64,000 nt of DNA from Microbacterium sp. (GTDB taxonomy: Bacteria > Actinomycetota > Actinomycetes > Actinomycetales > Microbacteriaceae). The notes beneath the pieces are model-generated. The model saw only the letters and a list, made by a program, of their open reading frames with translations, searched no databases and was not told the DNA's origin. Below, one piece after another: positions 10,100 to 24,617 of the stretch; the stretch's first letter is position 1; each line of letters begins with the position of its first letter. The stretch lies in the NCBI RefSeq assembly GCF_044508325.1, contig NZ_JBIQHX010000004.1, positions 68,199 through 132,198 of the forward strand, in the 5' to 3' direction. Position numbers and translations under genes: made by a program.

Positions 10100-11667
10100 T
10101 GGACGCCCTCGTCCCGCTGCTGGTGACCCTCCCCCTCCTGGGAGCGGGAGTGAACCTCATCGCCAACCGCCGCCCGCGCGTGCAGGTGACGGTGTCGATC
10201 GTCACGCTGACGCTCGTGCTCGCGATCGCCGCGGTGCTGCTGGGCGTCGTCGACGCGGCCGACACCCCGCTGGCGGTCTCGGTCGGCGGCTGGCCGATCC
10301 CCTTCGGCATCGTTCTGTACGTCGATCGGCTGGCGGCCCTTCTGGTCGTCGTCTCGAGCGTCGTGCTGCTGGCCGTGCTGCTCTTCTCGGTCGGGCAGGG
10401 CGCGGCCGACGGCGACGAGGACACGCCGGTGTCGATCTTCCACCCGTCGTACCTGATCCTGGCGGCGGGGATCTTCACCGCGTTCATCGCCGGCGACCTG
10501 TTCAACCTCTACGTCGGGTTCGAGATCCTGCTCGTGGCGTCGTTCGTGCTCATCACGCTCGGATCGACCGAGTCGCGCATCCGCACCGGGGTCGTCTACA
10601 TCGTCGTCTCGCTCGTGTCGTCGATCCTGTTCCTCGCGGCGATCGCGATGATCTACGCCGCCCTGGGCACGGTGAACATCGCGCAGATCGCCGAGCGCAT
10701 GACCGAGCTGCCCCAGGACACGCAGCTGGTGCTGCACCTGCTGCTGCTGCTCGCCTTCAGCATCAAGGCGGCCGTCTTCCCGCTGTCGTTCTGGCTGCCC
10801 GACTCGTACCCGACCGCGCCCGCCCCGGTCACGGCGGTGTTCGCGGGCCTGCTGACCAAGGTCGGCGTGTACGCCATGATCCGCACCGAGACCCAGATCT
10901 TCCGCGACAACGACGTGAACCTGCTGCTGCTGATCGTGGCGCTGGCCACCCTCATCGTGGGCGTGCTCGGCGCCATCGCCCAGGCCGAGCTCAAGCGCAT
11001 CCTGTCGTTCACGCTCGTCAGCCACGTGGGCTACATGGTGTTCGGGCTCGCGATCGCCACGCCGGTCGCGATCGGCGCGACGATCTACTACATGGTCCAC
11101 CACATCGTGGTGCAGACGACCCTGTTCCTCGCGGTCGGTCTCGTGGAGCGCCGGGCGGGCTCCACATCGATCCTGCGGGTCAAGGGCCTCATGAAGGCCG
11201 CGCCGGTGATCGCCGTGCTCTACTTCATCCCGGCGATCAACCTCGGCGGCCTGCCGCCTTTCTCGGGCTTCATCGGCAAGTACGCGCTCTTCGACGCCGC
11301 CGCGCAGGTGGGCACGCCGATCATGATGGTGCTCATGGTCGGCGGCATCGTCACGTCGCTGCTCACGCTGTACGCGCTCATGCGCGCCTGGAACCTGGCC
11401 TTCTGGCGCGAGGACGACGACGACCTCGCCGAGACCGAGGTCGAGGCGCGGGTCGGCTACCTCGGCGGGGCGCCGGCGGCCGGCATCCAGACCGAGCGCC
11501 GCGTGATCCCCCGCATCATGACCTCGGCCACGGCGGGGATGGTCGCCGTCACCGTCGCGCTGACGATCTTCGCCGGCCCGCTCTACGACGTGTGCGCCCG
11601 GATCGGCGACGGTCTGCTGCGGCCGGTCCACCTCGAGCAGCTGATCCAGGCGGAGGTGGACGAATGA
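10099..11667 (+). CDS. mrpD: Na+/H+ antiporter subunit D
   Basis: GDLFNLYVGFEILL, FPLSFWLPDSYPTAPAPVTAVFAGLLTKVG. Confidence 0.95.
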   Translation: MDALVPLLVTLPLLGAGVNLIANRRPRVQVTVSIVTLTLVLAIAAVLLGVVDAADTPLAVSVGGWPIPFGIVLYVDRLAALLVVVSSVVLLAVLLFSVGQGAADGDEDTPVSIFHPSYLILAAGIFTAFIAGDLFNLYVGFEILLVASFVLITLGSTESRIRTGVVYIVVSLVSSILFLAAIAMIYAALGTVNIAQIAERMTELPQDTQLVLHLLLLLAFSIKAAVFPLSFWLPDSYPTAPAPVTAVFAGLLTKVGVYAMIRTETQIFRDNDVNLLLLIVALATLIVGVLGAIAQAELKRILSFTLVSHVGYMVFGLAIATPVAIGATIYYMVHHIVVQTTLFLAVGLVERRAGSTSILRVKGLMKAAPVIAVLYFIPAINLGGLPPFSGFIGKYALFDAAAQVGTPIMMVLMVGGIVTSLLTLYALMRAWNLAFWREDDDDLAETEVEARVGYLGGAPAAGIQTERRVIPRIMTSATAGMVAVTVALTIFAGPLYDVCARIGDGLLRPVHLEQLIQAEVDE

Positions 11668-12224
11668 GTCCCAACGTCCCCGCCCAGAACCGCTGGCAGC
11701 GCCTGTGGCGCCAGCTTCCGTTCTTCCTGTGGCTGATCGCGCTGTGGATGCTGCTGTGGGGCCAGTTCACGGTGCTCGCCTTCGTCACCGGCGTGATCGT
11801 GGCCGTCGTGGTCACCAGCGCGTTCCGGCTGCCGCCGGCCGAGCTGTCCGGCCGGGTGAACCTGTGGTGGGGGCTGGTGTACGTCGTCGAGTTCCTGTGG
11901 GCGGTGCTGCGCAGCTCGCTGATCGTGGCCTGGCAGGTGTTCGACTGGCGCCGCCAGCCGGGGGCCGCGGTCATCGCCGTGCAGCTGCGCACCGACGACG
12001 ATCTGATCCAGACGCACGTGGGCATCACGGCATCCCTCATCCCGGGCTCGCTCATCCTCGAGGCGGATCGCGACCGGCGCATCCTCTACCTGCACGTGAT
12101 CGGCGTCCACACCGACGAGCAGCTGGCGGCGCAGCACCGCAGCGTCCTGCACTGGGAGGAGCGGATCGTGCGGGCCGTCGGCTCGCGTGCCCAGCTGGAA
12201 CTCGTGGGGGGTGGGCGCCGATGA
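11664..12224 (+). CDS. mrpE: Na+/H+ antiporter subunit E
   Basis: ATGA overlap with mrpD; ITASLIPGSL...LYLHVI. Confidence 0.9.
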   Translation: MSPNVPAQNRWQRLWRQLPFFLWLIALWMLLWGQFTVLAFVTGVIVAVVVTSAFRLPPAELSGRVNLWWGLVYVVEFLWAVLRSSLIVAWQVFDWRRQPGAAVIAVQLRTDDDLIQTHVGITASLIPGSLILEADRDRRILYLHVIGVHTDEQLAAQHRSVLHWEERIVRAVGSRAQLELVGGGRR

Positions 12225-12490
12225 CCGTGCTGACGATCGTGATCTTCGTCGTGTTCGCCGTCGCGGCGCTGCTGGCGCTCGTGCGGATCGTGATCGGGCC
12301 GTCGATCCTCGACCGCGCGGTGGCCTCGGACGTGCTGCTGACCGAGGTGCTGTGCATCCTCGGGGCGGACATGGTGATCAATCACCACATCCGCACTCTG
12401 CCGATCGTGCTGATCATCGCCGCGGTCGGCGTGTTCGGGTCCATCGCCATCGCGCGCTTCGTCGCGAGGAAGGACAACACGCCGCGATGA
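12221..12490 (+). CDS. mrpF: Na+/H+ antiporter subunit F
   Basis: RIVIGPSILDRAVASD; ATGA overlap with mrpE. Confidence 0.9.
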   Translation: MTVLTIVIFVVFAVAALLALVRIVIGPSILDRAVASDVLLTEVLCILGADMVINHHIRTLPIVLIIAAVGVFGSIAIARFVARKDNTPR

Positions 12491-12503
12491 ACGGAGGGAT
12501 GCC

Positions 12504-12866
12504 GTGAACTGGGACGCCGTCTGGGACGTGACCGCCCTGGTGCTGGTGCTGTGCGGGGCGCTGCTGTGCCTGACCGCCTCGGCGGGACTGCTGCGCTTCC
12601 GCGACGTGCCCACGCGCCTGCACGCCGCGACGAAGCCGCAGGTGCTGGGACTGATCCTCATCTGCCTGGCGATCGCGCTCGCCATGCGGTCGTGGACCGT
12701 GGTCGCGTTCCTCGTGCCGATCATCCTCATCCAGTTCGCGACCGCGCCCCTGTCGGCCCACATGATCGGCCGTGCCGCCTACCGCAACGGAACCATCGAC
12801 GAGCGGGGCCTCTACGCCGACGAGCTGCGCGACGCGCACGAGACCCCGCCCGCGGCGGGCGGCTGA
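12504..12866 (+). CDS. mrpG: Na+/H+ antiporter subunit G
   Basis: GLLRFRDVPTRLHAATKPQVLG; GGAGG RBS before GTG. Confidence 0.92.
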   Translation: MNWDAVWDVTALVLVLCGALLCLTASAGLLRFRDVPTRLHAATKPQVLGLILICLAIALAMRSWTVVAFLVPIILIQFATAPLSAHMIGRAAYRNGTIDERGLYADELRDAHETPPAAGG

Positions 12867-12883
12867 GCGAGCGGACGTGCGGG

Positions 12884-15448
12884 TCAGTCCGCCGGCGCGA
12901 GCACGAGCGTGTGCGCCGCGGCGGCCTTCACGGCCGCGCGTGAGAAGGGCCACGGCGACAGCCGCACGTGCGCCCAGTCCTCGGCCTGGTCGACGTAGTT
13001 CGGGTGGAACGCGTGGCCGCTGTTGCCGGTGAGGTGATTCCACAGCGACAGGTCGAAGTCCGACAGGTCGACGATCATGCGCATCGAGGGCACCGTCACG
13101 GTCTCGAAGGATTCGCCGACGACCCAGCCGGTGGCATCCACCACCGATGAGCCGCCGCCGACCGGGAACGGACCCCGGTTGAACAGCCACTCGATCGGCG
13201 CGATGCCCGAAGAGCCGAACGTGCTGCTGGTGAGCCGCAGCGCGTGCAGGCTCCCCCAGTTCCAGTTCCTCGTGTTCTCGCCCTGCAGCTCGACCATCCG
13301 CGCGTAGGCGTCGACCGCGACGTCGGCGAGCACCGCATCGCGCGGGCCGCCGGCAGCCTGCCACCACGGCGAATCCGGGTCGTCGAGCAGCGTGTCGACG
13401 ACGAGGAACAGACGGCTCTGACTCGTCAGCGGCGCGCCGGCGTCGGCGAACAGCCGCACCGCCAGGGTGTCCCAGAGCACGTTCGCGTAGGCGGCCGCGG
13501 GCGAGTCGGCGTCGTTCTGTCCGTCCCAGGCACGCAGCAGCTGGACCGCCGCGGCGGCCTTCTCATCGGCGATCGGCACATCCTTGTAGGCGGCGGCCAG
13601 CTGCAGACCCATCCAGAACTCCTTGTCGGCCTGGATCTCCTGCATGCCCTCGGCCGTGAGCTTCCCGGTCGCGACCTGACGCTGGATGAGCGTGGCGATG
13701 CGTGCGGCGCGCCAGCCGTAGTCCCAGTCGTTCGTGAGGAAGTACGGGTACTCGGCGCCCACGACGGCGTTGTTGGCGGTGACGATGTAGCCCTGCGACG
13801 GATTGGTCACCGACGGCAGCTCCTCGAACGGGATGAAGCCCGTCCAGTCGTAGGCGCTGTCCCACCCGGGCTGCGGGAGCGACCCGTCGCCGGCGCCGCG
13901 GATCGGCAGCTTCCCCGGAGTCTGGTACCCGATGTTCCCGGCGGTGTCGGCGTAGATGAGGTTCTGCGCGGGCACGTCGAACAGGGCGGCCGCGGCCTGG
14001 AACCCCTCCCAGTCCTTGGCGACGTCCAGCGCGAAGATGGATGCCCCCGTCGTTCCCGGCTGCAGAGCGGTCCACTGCAGCGCGACCGCGTACTCCGATC
14101 CCTCCGGGGCGCCGCCGGGGATGTCGCCGTCGGCGACGGCGGTGAAGTCGTCGGTGAGCCCGGACACGATCGGGCCGTGCACGGTGGAGCGGATCTCGAG
14201 GTCCACGTCGTCGCCGCCGGCGACCGAGATCGTCTCGTGGCGGATCTCCAGCGGCACGAGCACGCCGTCCCGCCAGTACTGGTCGCCCTGGACCGCCTCG
14301 ATGTAGAGATCGACGACATCCGTCGTCAGGTTCGTGAAGCCCCACGCGATGTGCGCGTTGTGGCCGATGATCACGCCCGGAACACCCGAGAACCCGAACC
14401 CGGCGACGTCGAACGGGCACGTCTCGGTCACGACCCGGCACTTGAGGTCGACCTGGTGCCAGATCGAGGGCATCGAGGCGCCGAGGTGCGGGTCGTTGGC
14501 CAGCAGCGGCAGTCCGCTCTCGGTGAGGTCGCCGGAGACGACCCACGAGTTCGACCCGATGCCCTCTCCGGCGCCGCCCAGCAGCGTGCTCGCGGCCTCG
14601 ACGACCGAGCCCACCTCGGTCCAGGCGATCGATGCGGTGCGGACGCCGGCATCCTCTCCGGAGCCTGCGCTCGCAGCGCGCGCGGTCGTGGGCACGGGCA
14701 CGATCGTCGGATTGCGGTCGTACGGATACGCCGGGTACAGCTCGGCGATCTGTTCGGGCGTGTGCTCCTGCGCCAGCAGCGCGCGCTCGGTCTCGGCCTC
14801 GATGTTCTCGCGGAGGTCCCAGGCCATCGCCTTCAGCCACGCCAGCGAGTCGGCGACGGTCCACGGCTCGATCTCGTAGCCCGGGTTCTGAAGATCGAGG
14901 ATCGCGTACTCGAGGGATGCCTCGGCGCCCCGGTGCTCGGCGAGGTAGGCGTTCACGCCGTCCGCGTAGGCCTGGTAATACCCGCGCACGGTGTCGTCCA
15001 GCAGCTCGACCTCCTGCTCGGCGACCGCGCGCCAGCCGAGCGTGCGCAGGAACATGTCGGTCTCCAGCTGCGACTCGCCGAACAGCTCGGAGAGCCGGCC
15101 GCTGGTGACGTGCCGGCGGAAGTCCATCTCCCAGAAGCGATCCTGCGCGTGCACGTACCCCTGCGCGAAGAACAGGTCGCCGGTGGTGTTGGCGACGATG
15201 GTGGCCGCGCCCTGCTCGGTGCGCATCACCTCGATCTGGGCGTTGAGGCCCGGCGTCTGCACGGTGCCGTCGAGGGTGGGGAACGAGCGCTGCACGGTCC
15301 AGGCGACGAAGCCGGCGGCGACCAGCGCGAGCACGACGATCCCTGCGATCAGCCCGAACACGCTGATGCCGATGATGCGGCCGACGGAGCGGCGGCGTGG
15401 CGGGGCGTCATCGAACGAGATGTCGATCGGCGAGGTCTGGGTCGTCAT
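12884..15448 (-). CDS. Penicillin acylase family Ntn-hydrolase with an N-terminal membrane anchor
   Basis: AQGYVHAQDRFWEMDFRR, catalytic GSNSWVVSG, LANDPHL, QNLIYAD. Confidence 0.92.
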   Translation of the reverse strand: MTTQTSPIDISFDDAPPRRRSVGRIIGISVFGLIAGIVVLALVAAGFVAWTVQRSFPTLDGTVQTPGLNAQIEVMRTEQGAATIVANTTGDLFFAQGYVHAQDRFWEMDFRRHVTSGRLSELFGESQLETDMFLRTLGWRAVAEQEVELLDDTVRGYYQAYADGVNAYLAEHRGAEASLEYAILDLQNPGYEIEPWTVADSLAWLKAMAWDLRENIEAETERALLAQEHTPEQIAELYPAYPYDRNPTIVPVPTTARAASAGSGEDAGVRTASIAWTEVGSVVEAASTLLGGAGEGIGSNSWVVSGDLTESGLPLLANDPHLGASMPSIWHQVDLKCRVVTETCPFDVAGFGFSGVPGVIIGHNAHIAWGFTNLTTDVVDLYIEAVQGDQYWRDGVLVPLEIRHETISVAGGDDVDLEIRSTVHGPIVSGLTDDFTAVADGDIPGGAPEGSEYAVALQWTALQPGTTGASIFALDVAKDWEGFQAAAALFDVPAQNLIYADTAGNIGYQTPGKLPIRGAGDGSLPQPGWDSAYDWTGFIPFEELPSVTNPSQGYIVTANNAVVGAEYPYFLTNDWDYGWRAARIATLIQRQVATGKLTAEGMQEIQADKEFWMGLQLAAAYKDVPIADEKAAAAVQLLRAWDGQNDADSPAAAYANVLWDTLAVRLFADAGAPLTSQSRLFLVVDTLLDDPDSPWWQAAGGPRDAVLADVAVDAYARMVELQGENTRNWNWGSLHALRLTSSTFGSSGIAPIEWLFNRGPFPVGGGSSVVDATGWVVGESFETVTVPSMRMIVDLSDFDLSLWNHLTGNSGHAFHPNYVDQAEDWAHVRLSPWPFSRAAVKAAAAHTLVLAPAD

Positions 15449-15561
15449 CAGGGCACTCTCGAGTCAATCGGGCACGACGAGCCGCACGCGGTCGGGTCGG
15501 CGCGTGGGCTCCCGGCATCGTATCCCGTGCCGGGGAGGATGCCGAACGGCGTTCGGAATCC

Positions 15562-19208
<3,647 letters not shown>

Positions 19209-19944
19209 CGTCCGACGCCCACCACGAACCAGGCGACGAGGGCGATCACGATCGCGATGGCGGCGATGTACAGGGCGACGCCGCCGTAGCCCCAGGGCTG
19301 CAGGTGCGGGTCGAGGAACGGATACGGATACCACCACGGATCGCCCGTCACGGGGTTCACGGTGAGCGGACCCCGCACGAGTGTGTACAGGGCCCACGCG
19401 AGGGGGACCGCGATGACGATGAGGATGCGGTTCCAGGCGAGCCTGCGCCGGCCCGGTCCCACCAGCACGTCCAGCAGCAGGAAGATCGGGCCGACCAGGT
19501 GCAGGATCTCGTTCGACCAGGGGATCGGCTCGCTCCCCTGCGGAAGCGGGATGCCGCGCAGGAGCGTGTTGTAGACGATCCCCGTCACGATCATGTACGT
19601 CGACACGCACGCCAGCGCGACGCCGAGCGCCGGCGGCTCGGTCGCCTCGGCGCCGCGCGCCCGACGGGCGAACCACCGCACGGCGGCCCAGGCGAGGACG
19701 AGGGCCGCCGCCGTGTTGGACAGGATCGTGAAGAAGCTGAAGAAGTTGACGATCGTCGTGGTGACGTCCCGGCCGAGCTCTGCGGCGGTGGCGACGGACT
19801 TCATGAACTGCGCGACGACGGCGGCCGCGATGGCCGCGGCCATCAGCAGCCGCAGCGCGCTCCACACGACGGGCATGGGATCACACTAGAGGCGCCTCGA
19901 TAGGATGGGGTGCAACCCGTCCCGAGTGACCCGGAGGGCCCCTC

Positions 19945-21228
19945 ATGCCAGGAATCGTGATCGTCGGCGTCCAATGGGGCGATGAGGGCAAGGGCAAGGC
20001 GACCGACCTGCTCGGCGACCGTACCGACTGGGTCGTGAAGTTCAACGGCGGGAACAACGCCGGCCACACGGTGGTGATCGGCGACGAGAAGTACGCGCTG
20101 CACCTGCTGCCCTCGGGCATCCTCTCGCCCGGCGTCAACGCGGTCATCGGCAACGGCGTCGTCGTCGACCTGGAGGTGCTGTTCGCCGAGCTCGAGGCTC
20201 TGCACGCCCGCGGCGTCGACACGTCGCGGCTGCGGATCAGCGCCAATGCGCACATCATCACGCACTACCACCGGACGCTCGACAAGGTCACCGAGCGCTT
20301 CCTCGGCAAGCGCCAGATCGGCACGACCGGACGCGGCATCGGGCCGGCGTACGCCGACAAGATCAACCGCGTCGGCATCCGCGTGCAGGACCTGTTCGAC
20401 GAGAACATCCTGCGGCAGAAGGTCGAGGGCGCGCTCGACCAGAAGAACCACCTGCTGCTGAAGGTCTACAACCGCCGCGCGATCACGTGCGACGAGATCG
20501 TCGACGACCTGCTGTCGTACGCGGAGCGTCTGCGGCCGATGGTCGCCGACACGTCGCTCCTGCTCAACGACGCCCTGGACGCCGGCGAGGTCGTCGTCTT
20601 CGAGGGCGGCCAGGCGACGATGCTCGACGTCGACCACGGCACGTACCCCTTCGTGACCTCGTCGTCGGCCACGGCCGGCGGCGCGGCCACCGGGTCGGGC
20701 GTCGGACCCAACCGACTCGACCGGCTGGTGGGCATCGTGAAGGCCTACACGACCCGGGTCGGCGCAGGACCTTTCCCGACCGAGCTGTTCGACGAGAGCG
20801 GGGAGTGGCTGCGTTCCCGCGGGTTCGAGTTCGGCACCACCACCGGCCGCCCGCGCCGCGTGGGCTGGTACGACGCGCCGATCACCCGCTATGCGACGCG
20901 GATCAACGGCCTCACCGACCTGGTGCTGACCAAGCTCGACATCCTCACCGGTCTCGAGGAGATCCCGGTCTGCGTCGCCTATGACGTCGACGGGGAGCGG
21001 TTCGACGAGATGCCGGTCAACCAGACCGACTTCCACCATGCCCGGCCGATCTACGAGCGCTTCCCGGGCTGGCAGGAGGACATCTCGGGCGTGCGCACGT
21101 TCGACGACCTGCCCGGCACCGCGCGCGACTATGTGCTCGCACTCGAGGAGATGAGCGGCAGCCACATCTCGGTGATCGGCGTGGGCGCCTCGCGCGACGC
21201 GGTGGTCGTGCGGCGCGATCTGATCTGA
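19945..21228 (+). CDS. purA: Adenylosuccinate synthase
   Basis: [48 protein letters not shown]. Confidence 0.98.
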   Translation: MPGIVIVGVQWGDEGKGKATDLLGDRTDWVVKFNGGNNAGHTVVIGDEKYALHLLPSGILSPGVNAVIGNGVVVDLEVLFAELEALHARGVDTSRLRISANAHIITHYHRTLDKVTERFLGKRQIGTTGRGIGPAYADKINRVGIRVQDLFDENILRQKVEGALDQKNHLLLKVYNRRAITCDEIVDDLLSYAERLRPMVADTSLLLNDALDAGEVVVFEGGQATMLDVDHGTYPFVTSSSATAGGAATGSGVGPNRLDRLVGIVKAYTTRVGAGPFPTELFDESGEWLRSRGFEFGTTTGRPRRVGWYDAPITRYATRINGLTDLVLTKLDILTGLEEIPVCVAYDVDGERFDEMPVNQTDFHHARPIYERFPGWQEDISGVRTFDDLPGTARDYVLALEEMSGSHISVIGVGASRDAVVVRRDLI

Positions 21229-22373
21229 TGCTCCTGCTGGTCGGGGCCTACACCGCCGAGATGGGCGGGCGCGCCACCGGCGTCGGCGTGCTCCGGGCCG
21301 AGCGCGCCCTCGCTTTCGAGGGCGACGCTGCCGCGGTGCAGGGCTCGCCGTCGTGGCTCGCCCACCACCCCGGCGGCGGTGTCGTCTACGCGGCCCTCGA
21401 AGGTGCGGGGACCGTCCAGGCCTTCCGCCGCAGCGGTGAGGCAGCATATGCCGCCATCGGAATGCCGGCGGAGGCGGGCGAGCTCGTCTGCCACGTGGCG
21501 GTGGCACCGGACGGAGGGTCACTGGTCGCCTCGTGCTGGGGCGACGGGCGGGTGGTGCGGATGACGCTGGATGCCGCAGGCATCCCGGCCGACCCGGTCA
21601 TCGCCGCCGCGGCGACCGATCCGTACCCGCTCCCCGAGCGCACCCCGCTCCCCGAGCGCACCCCGCTCCCCGGGCGCACCGCGCTTCCCGAGCGCACCGC
21701 GCTTCCCGAGCGCACCCCGCTCCCCGAGCGCACCCCGCTTCCCGAGCGCACCCCGCTTCCCGAGCTCGTCGAGGGGCGCACCTCCCGCGCCCACGCCGCC
21801 GCCTTCCTCCCCGAGGGGCGCGTGGCCACGACGGACGCCGGCTTCGACCTGGTGCGCATCTGGCGCCCGGCGCCGGACGGCCTGCGCCACGACCACGACG
21901 TCGTGCTGCCCCGCGGCTGCGGACCGCGACACCTGCTCGTCCACCCGAGCGGCCATCTCTGCGTGATCACCGAGCACTCGGGCGAGGTCTTCGTCCTGGC
22001 CCGTGCGGCGTCGGGCCGTTGGGGCGTCGTGTCCGGCACGCCGGTCTCGCCGGCCGCGCTGCCGGGCGACGCCGCAGCCGAGCTGGCCGCATCGCGCGAC
22101 GGCGTGTTCCTCTACGCGGGGCTGCGCGGCTCCGACACGATCGCGACCCTGCGCGTGCGCGGTGCGGGCGAGCGCGTGGAGCCCGTCGCCCTCGTCGAGT
22201 CGGGCGTGCGCTGGCCGCGTCACCACCTGGTCGCGGACGACACGCTGCTGGTTGCCGGCGAGCGCTCCGATGCGGTCGCCGCACTCACGCTCGACGAGCG
22301 CACCGGCGTTCCCGGCCGGGTGCGGCAGCGCGCCCAGGCCCCGTCGCCGGCGTGCCTCCTCCCGATCGGCTGA
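21228..22373 (+). CDS. Lactonase family beta-propeller (6-phosphogluconolactonase-like) with an internal repeat insertion
   Basis: LVGAYT start, GSPSWL, CHVAV, SRAHAA, GCGPRHL, GVRWPRH; TGATG coupling to purA. Confidence 0.85.
   Translation: MLLLVGAYTAEMGGRATGVGVLRAERALAFEGDAAAVQGSPSWLAHHPGGGVVYAALEGAGTVQAFRRSGEAAYAAIGMPAEAGELVCHVAVAPDGGSLVASCWGDGRVVRMTLDAAGIPADPVIAAAATDPYPLPERTPLPERTPLPGRTALPERTALPERTPLPERTPLPERTPLPELVEGRTSRAHAAAFLPEGRVATTDAGFDLVRIWRPAPDGLRHDHDVVLPRGCGPRHLLVHPSGHLCVITEHSGEVFVLARAASGRWGVVSGTPVSPAALPGDAAAELAASRDGVFLYAGLRGSDTIATLRVRGAGERVEPVALVESGVRWPRHHLVADDTLLVAGERSDAVAALTLDERTGVPGRVRQRAQAPSPACLLPIG
21627..21765 (+). repeat. 18-bp in-frame tandem repeat, about 7.7 copies, encoding (P/A)LPERT
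   Basis: Units ccgctccccgagcgcacc and gcgcttcccgagcgcacc read directly. Confidence 0.95.
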
Positions 22374-22381
22374 GGGCGCGC

Positions 22382-23407
22382 TCAGCCCGCGTGTGCGGCG
22401 AGCTCGGCATCGAGAGCACGTGCCAGCACGCCGATGACCGGCCAGGCGCCCTCGGAGCTGTTGCCGAGCACGCTCACCGTCGTCTGCGTGCCGATCACGT
22501 GCCCCGACCAGAACGACGCACCCGCGTCGTAGCCCTCGAGCACGAGCACGGGGTGGCTCTCGTGCAGCCAGAATCCCATGCCGTAGCGCTTGCGCTCGGC
22601 GGGCACGTGGTGACGCGGGCGGATCATGTCGTCGACGGTGCTGGGCGACACGATCCGCCCGTCGAGCAGAGCCAGCCAGAACCGGTGCAGGTCGGCTGCG
22701 GTCGTGAAGGCCCCTCCGTCGCCGTTGCCCAGCACCGGCAGGTGCAGCGTGTTGACGAGGTCGCCCTCGTCGTGCACGTACCCCGAGGCCGCGTCGGCGG
22801 GCAGGTCGTTCAGCGGCAGGAAGCCGGTGCGCTCCAGCCCGGCCGGTTCGAGCACGACCCGCCGCACCAGGTCGTGGTAGGTCTGGCCGGTGACCCGTTC
22901 GAGCAGCACAGCCAGCACCATGTACCCGCCGTTGCAGTAGGCGAACCGGTCGCCCGGTCGGAACGTCTGCGGATGCCCGTCCAGCAGCGGCAGGAACGCC
23001 TGCGATGTCGTCAGCGTGTGCACGGGCAGCGTGAGCACGTAGTCGGCCGGATCCCAGTCCGCCTCCTCGTCGAGATAGTCGCCGATCCCCGAGGTGTGGG
23101 TCAGCAGGTGCTCGATCGTGACCGCCCCGTCGATGAGCGGAAGGTCGTCGCCGAGCAGCGCGCGCACGGGCTGATCCAGGCGCAGGGCGCCGTCCTCGAC
23201 GAGGCGCATCACCGCGAGGGCGGTGAACGACTTGCTGCCGCTTGCGATGGCGATGCGCGTGTCGGCGGTCATCGGCGCGCGCAGGGCACGATGCGCGAAG
23301 CCCTCGCAGCGTTCCAGCACCCGCCGGTCGGCGATGTCGATCGCGGCCACCCCGGTGAAGGCGTTCTTCGCGACCGCGTCGTCGAGCGCCCCGGCGTCGA
23401 TGTCCAT
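22382..23407 (-). CDS. Serine hydrolase, beta-lactamase class C-like family
   Basis: SxxK (SGSK), LLTHTSG, YxN (YCN). Confidence 0.9.
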   Translation of the reverse strand: MDIDAGALDDAVAKNAFTGVAAIDIADRRVLERCEGFAHRALRAPMTADTRIAIASGSKSFTALAVMRLVEDGALRLDQPVRALLGDDLPLIDGAVTIEHLLTHTSGIGDYLDEEADWDPADYVLTLPVHTLTTSQAFLPLLDGHPQTFRPGDRFAYCNGGYMVLAVLLERVTGQTYHDLVRRVVLEPAGLERTGFLPLNDLPADAASGYVHDEGDLVNTLHLPVLGNGDGGAFTTAADLHRFWLALLDGRIVSPSTVDDMIRPRHHVPAERKRYGMGFWLHESHPVLVLEGYDAGASFWSGHVIGTQTTVSVLGNSSEGAWPVIGVLARALDAELAAHAG

Positions 23408-23429
23408 GACGGGATGCTACGCGCCGCCC

Positions 23430-24554
23430 TCACTGTGCGGGAACACGGGCTGTCGCGTCGATTGCTCGCGGTGTCTCCATGAGCCGTTCCACCACGTGCG
23501 CGGCGTCGGTGGGGATGCCGATGAGCGACAGCGATGCGGCCGAGTGCTGCGCCGGCAGCCCCACGAAGCCCAGACCGGGGACCGCCGTCGCCACGCCGCG
23601 TTCGTGCAGCACCGGCCAGGCGAGCCGCCCGCGACCGGGCGGGAACACCGCGGGGATGTCGGTCCAGTCCAGCTTCGGCAGCGATCCGGTGCACCACACG
23701 ACGGTCGTGGCGGAGAGAATCGAGCCGTCTTCGAGCTGCGGCGCACCGCCTGTCGCTGCCACGACGCGCCCGACGCGGCGGATGCCCGCGGCATCCAGAT
23801 CCTTGAGCTTGTTGCGCACGAGACGCACGCCGTGACCCGCATGCTCTTCGAGGAAGGCGCGCCCCTTCGGGGTGTCCCAGGTGGTGGCGGCGAGACGGCG
23901 CAGCACGAAGCCGCTCATGAGGTTGCCGAACCAGGTGTCGATGTCGACCGGCACCTGGCCGGGGTGGCGGCCGGCGAGGATCGTGGGATGCCCCGCGGCG
24001 GCCGCTTCGAGGGCGATGTCTGTGCCCGCGTTTCCCGCCCCGACGACGAGCACCGTCCCGGACGCGAGGTCTTCAGGGCCGGCGTAGTCGTTCGAGTGCA
24101 GCTGCCGCGTGCCCGGGTCGAGCCGCTCGGCGAACGGCGGCACCACGGGCAGGCGATGTCCACCGGCGGCGACGATCACCCGGTCGGCCGTGATGGACTC
24201 CCCTCCGGCGAACTCGAGGATGAAGCGGCCCGCCTCGCGCGCCAGGCGCGTCACCTTCCATCCGGTGCGCACGGGCAGGGAGAGCTCACGCGCGTACTCC
24301 TCGAGGTAGTCGGCGAGCTGTGCGCCGGTCGGGTACTCGAACCGGCCCAGCCGCATGGGCATGCCCCCCAGGCTCGCCAGGCGCGCGGCCGTGAACAGGC
24401 GCAGCGACCGATAGCGCTCGCGCCAGGCATCCCCGATCCGGGGGTGCTCGTCGAAGATCGTGAACTCCTCGCCGCGCTCGGCCAGGAGACGGCCGGTGAC
24501 CAGTCCGGCGGCGCCGGCGCCGATGATGGCGGTGTGGGTGTGCATAGCGGACAT
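23430..24554 (-). CDS. Flavin-dependent oxidoreductase (FMO/FAD-NAD(P) family)
   Basis: IIGAGAAG, WRERYRSLRLFT, second Rossmann motif VVGAGNAG, GLGFVG. Confidence 0.85.
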   Translation of the reverse strand: MSAMHTHTAIIGAGAAGLVTGRLLAERGEEFTIFDEHPRIGDAWRERYRSLRLFTAARLASLGGMPMRLGRFEYPTGAQLADYLEEYARELSLPVRTGWKVTRLAREAGRFILEFAGGESITADRVIVAAGGHRLPVVPPFAERLDPGTRQLHSNDYAGPEDLASGTVLVVGAGNAGTDIALEAAAAGHPTILAGRHPGQVPVDIDTWFGNLMSGFVLRRLAATTWDTPKGRAFLEEHAGHGVRLVRNKLKDLDAAGIRRVGRVVAATGGAPQLEDGSILSATTVVWCTGSLPKLDWTDIPAVFPPGRGRLAWPVLHERGVATAVPGLGFVGLPAQHSAASLSLIGIPTDAAHVVERLMETPRAIDATARVPAQ

Positions 24555-24617
24555 GAGAACCTCCTGCTCGCACGGTAGGAGCAGGCGGCGCGGCGCCGCA
24601 TCGGCAGAAATGACCAA

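Noticed and set aside
21627-21765. Possible CRISPR array
   Set aside because: The 18-bp units are contiguous with no unique spacers, lie in frame inside a CDS, and no cas genes are present.
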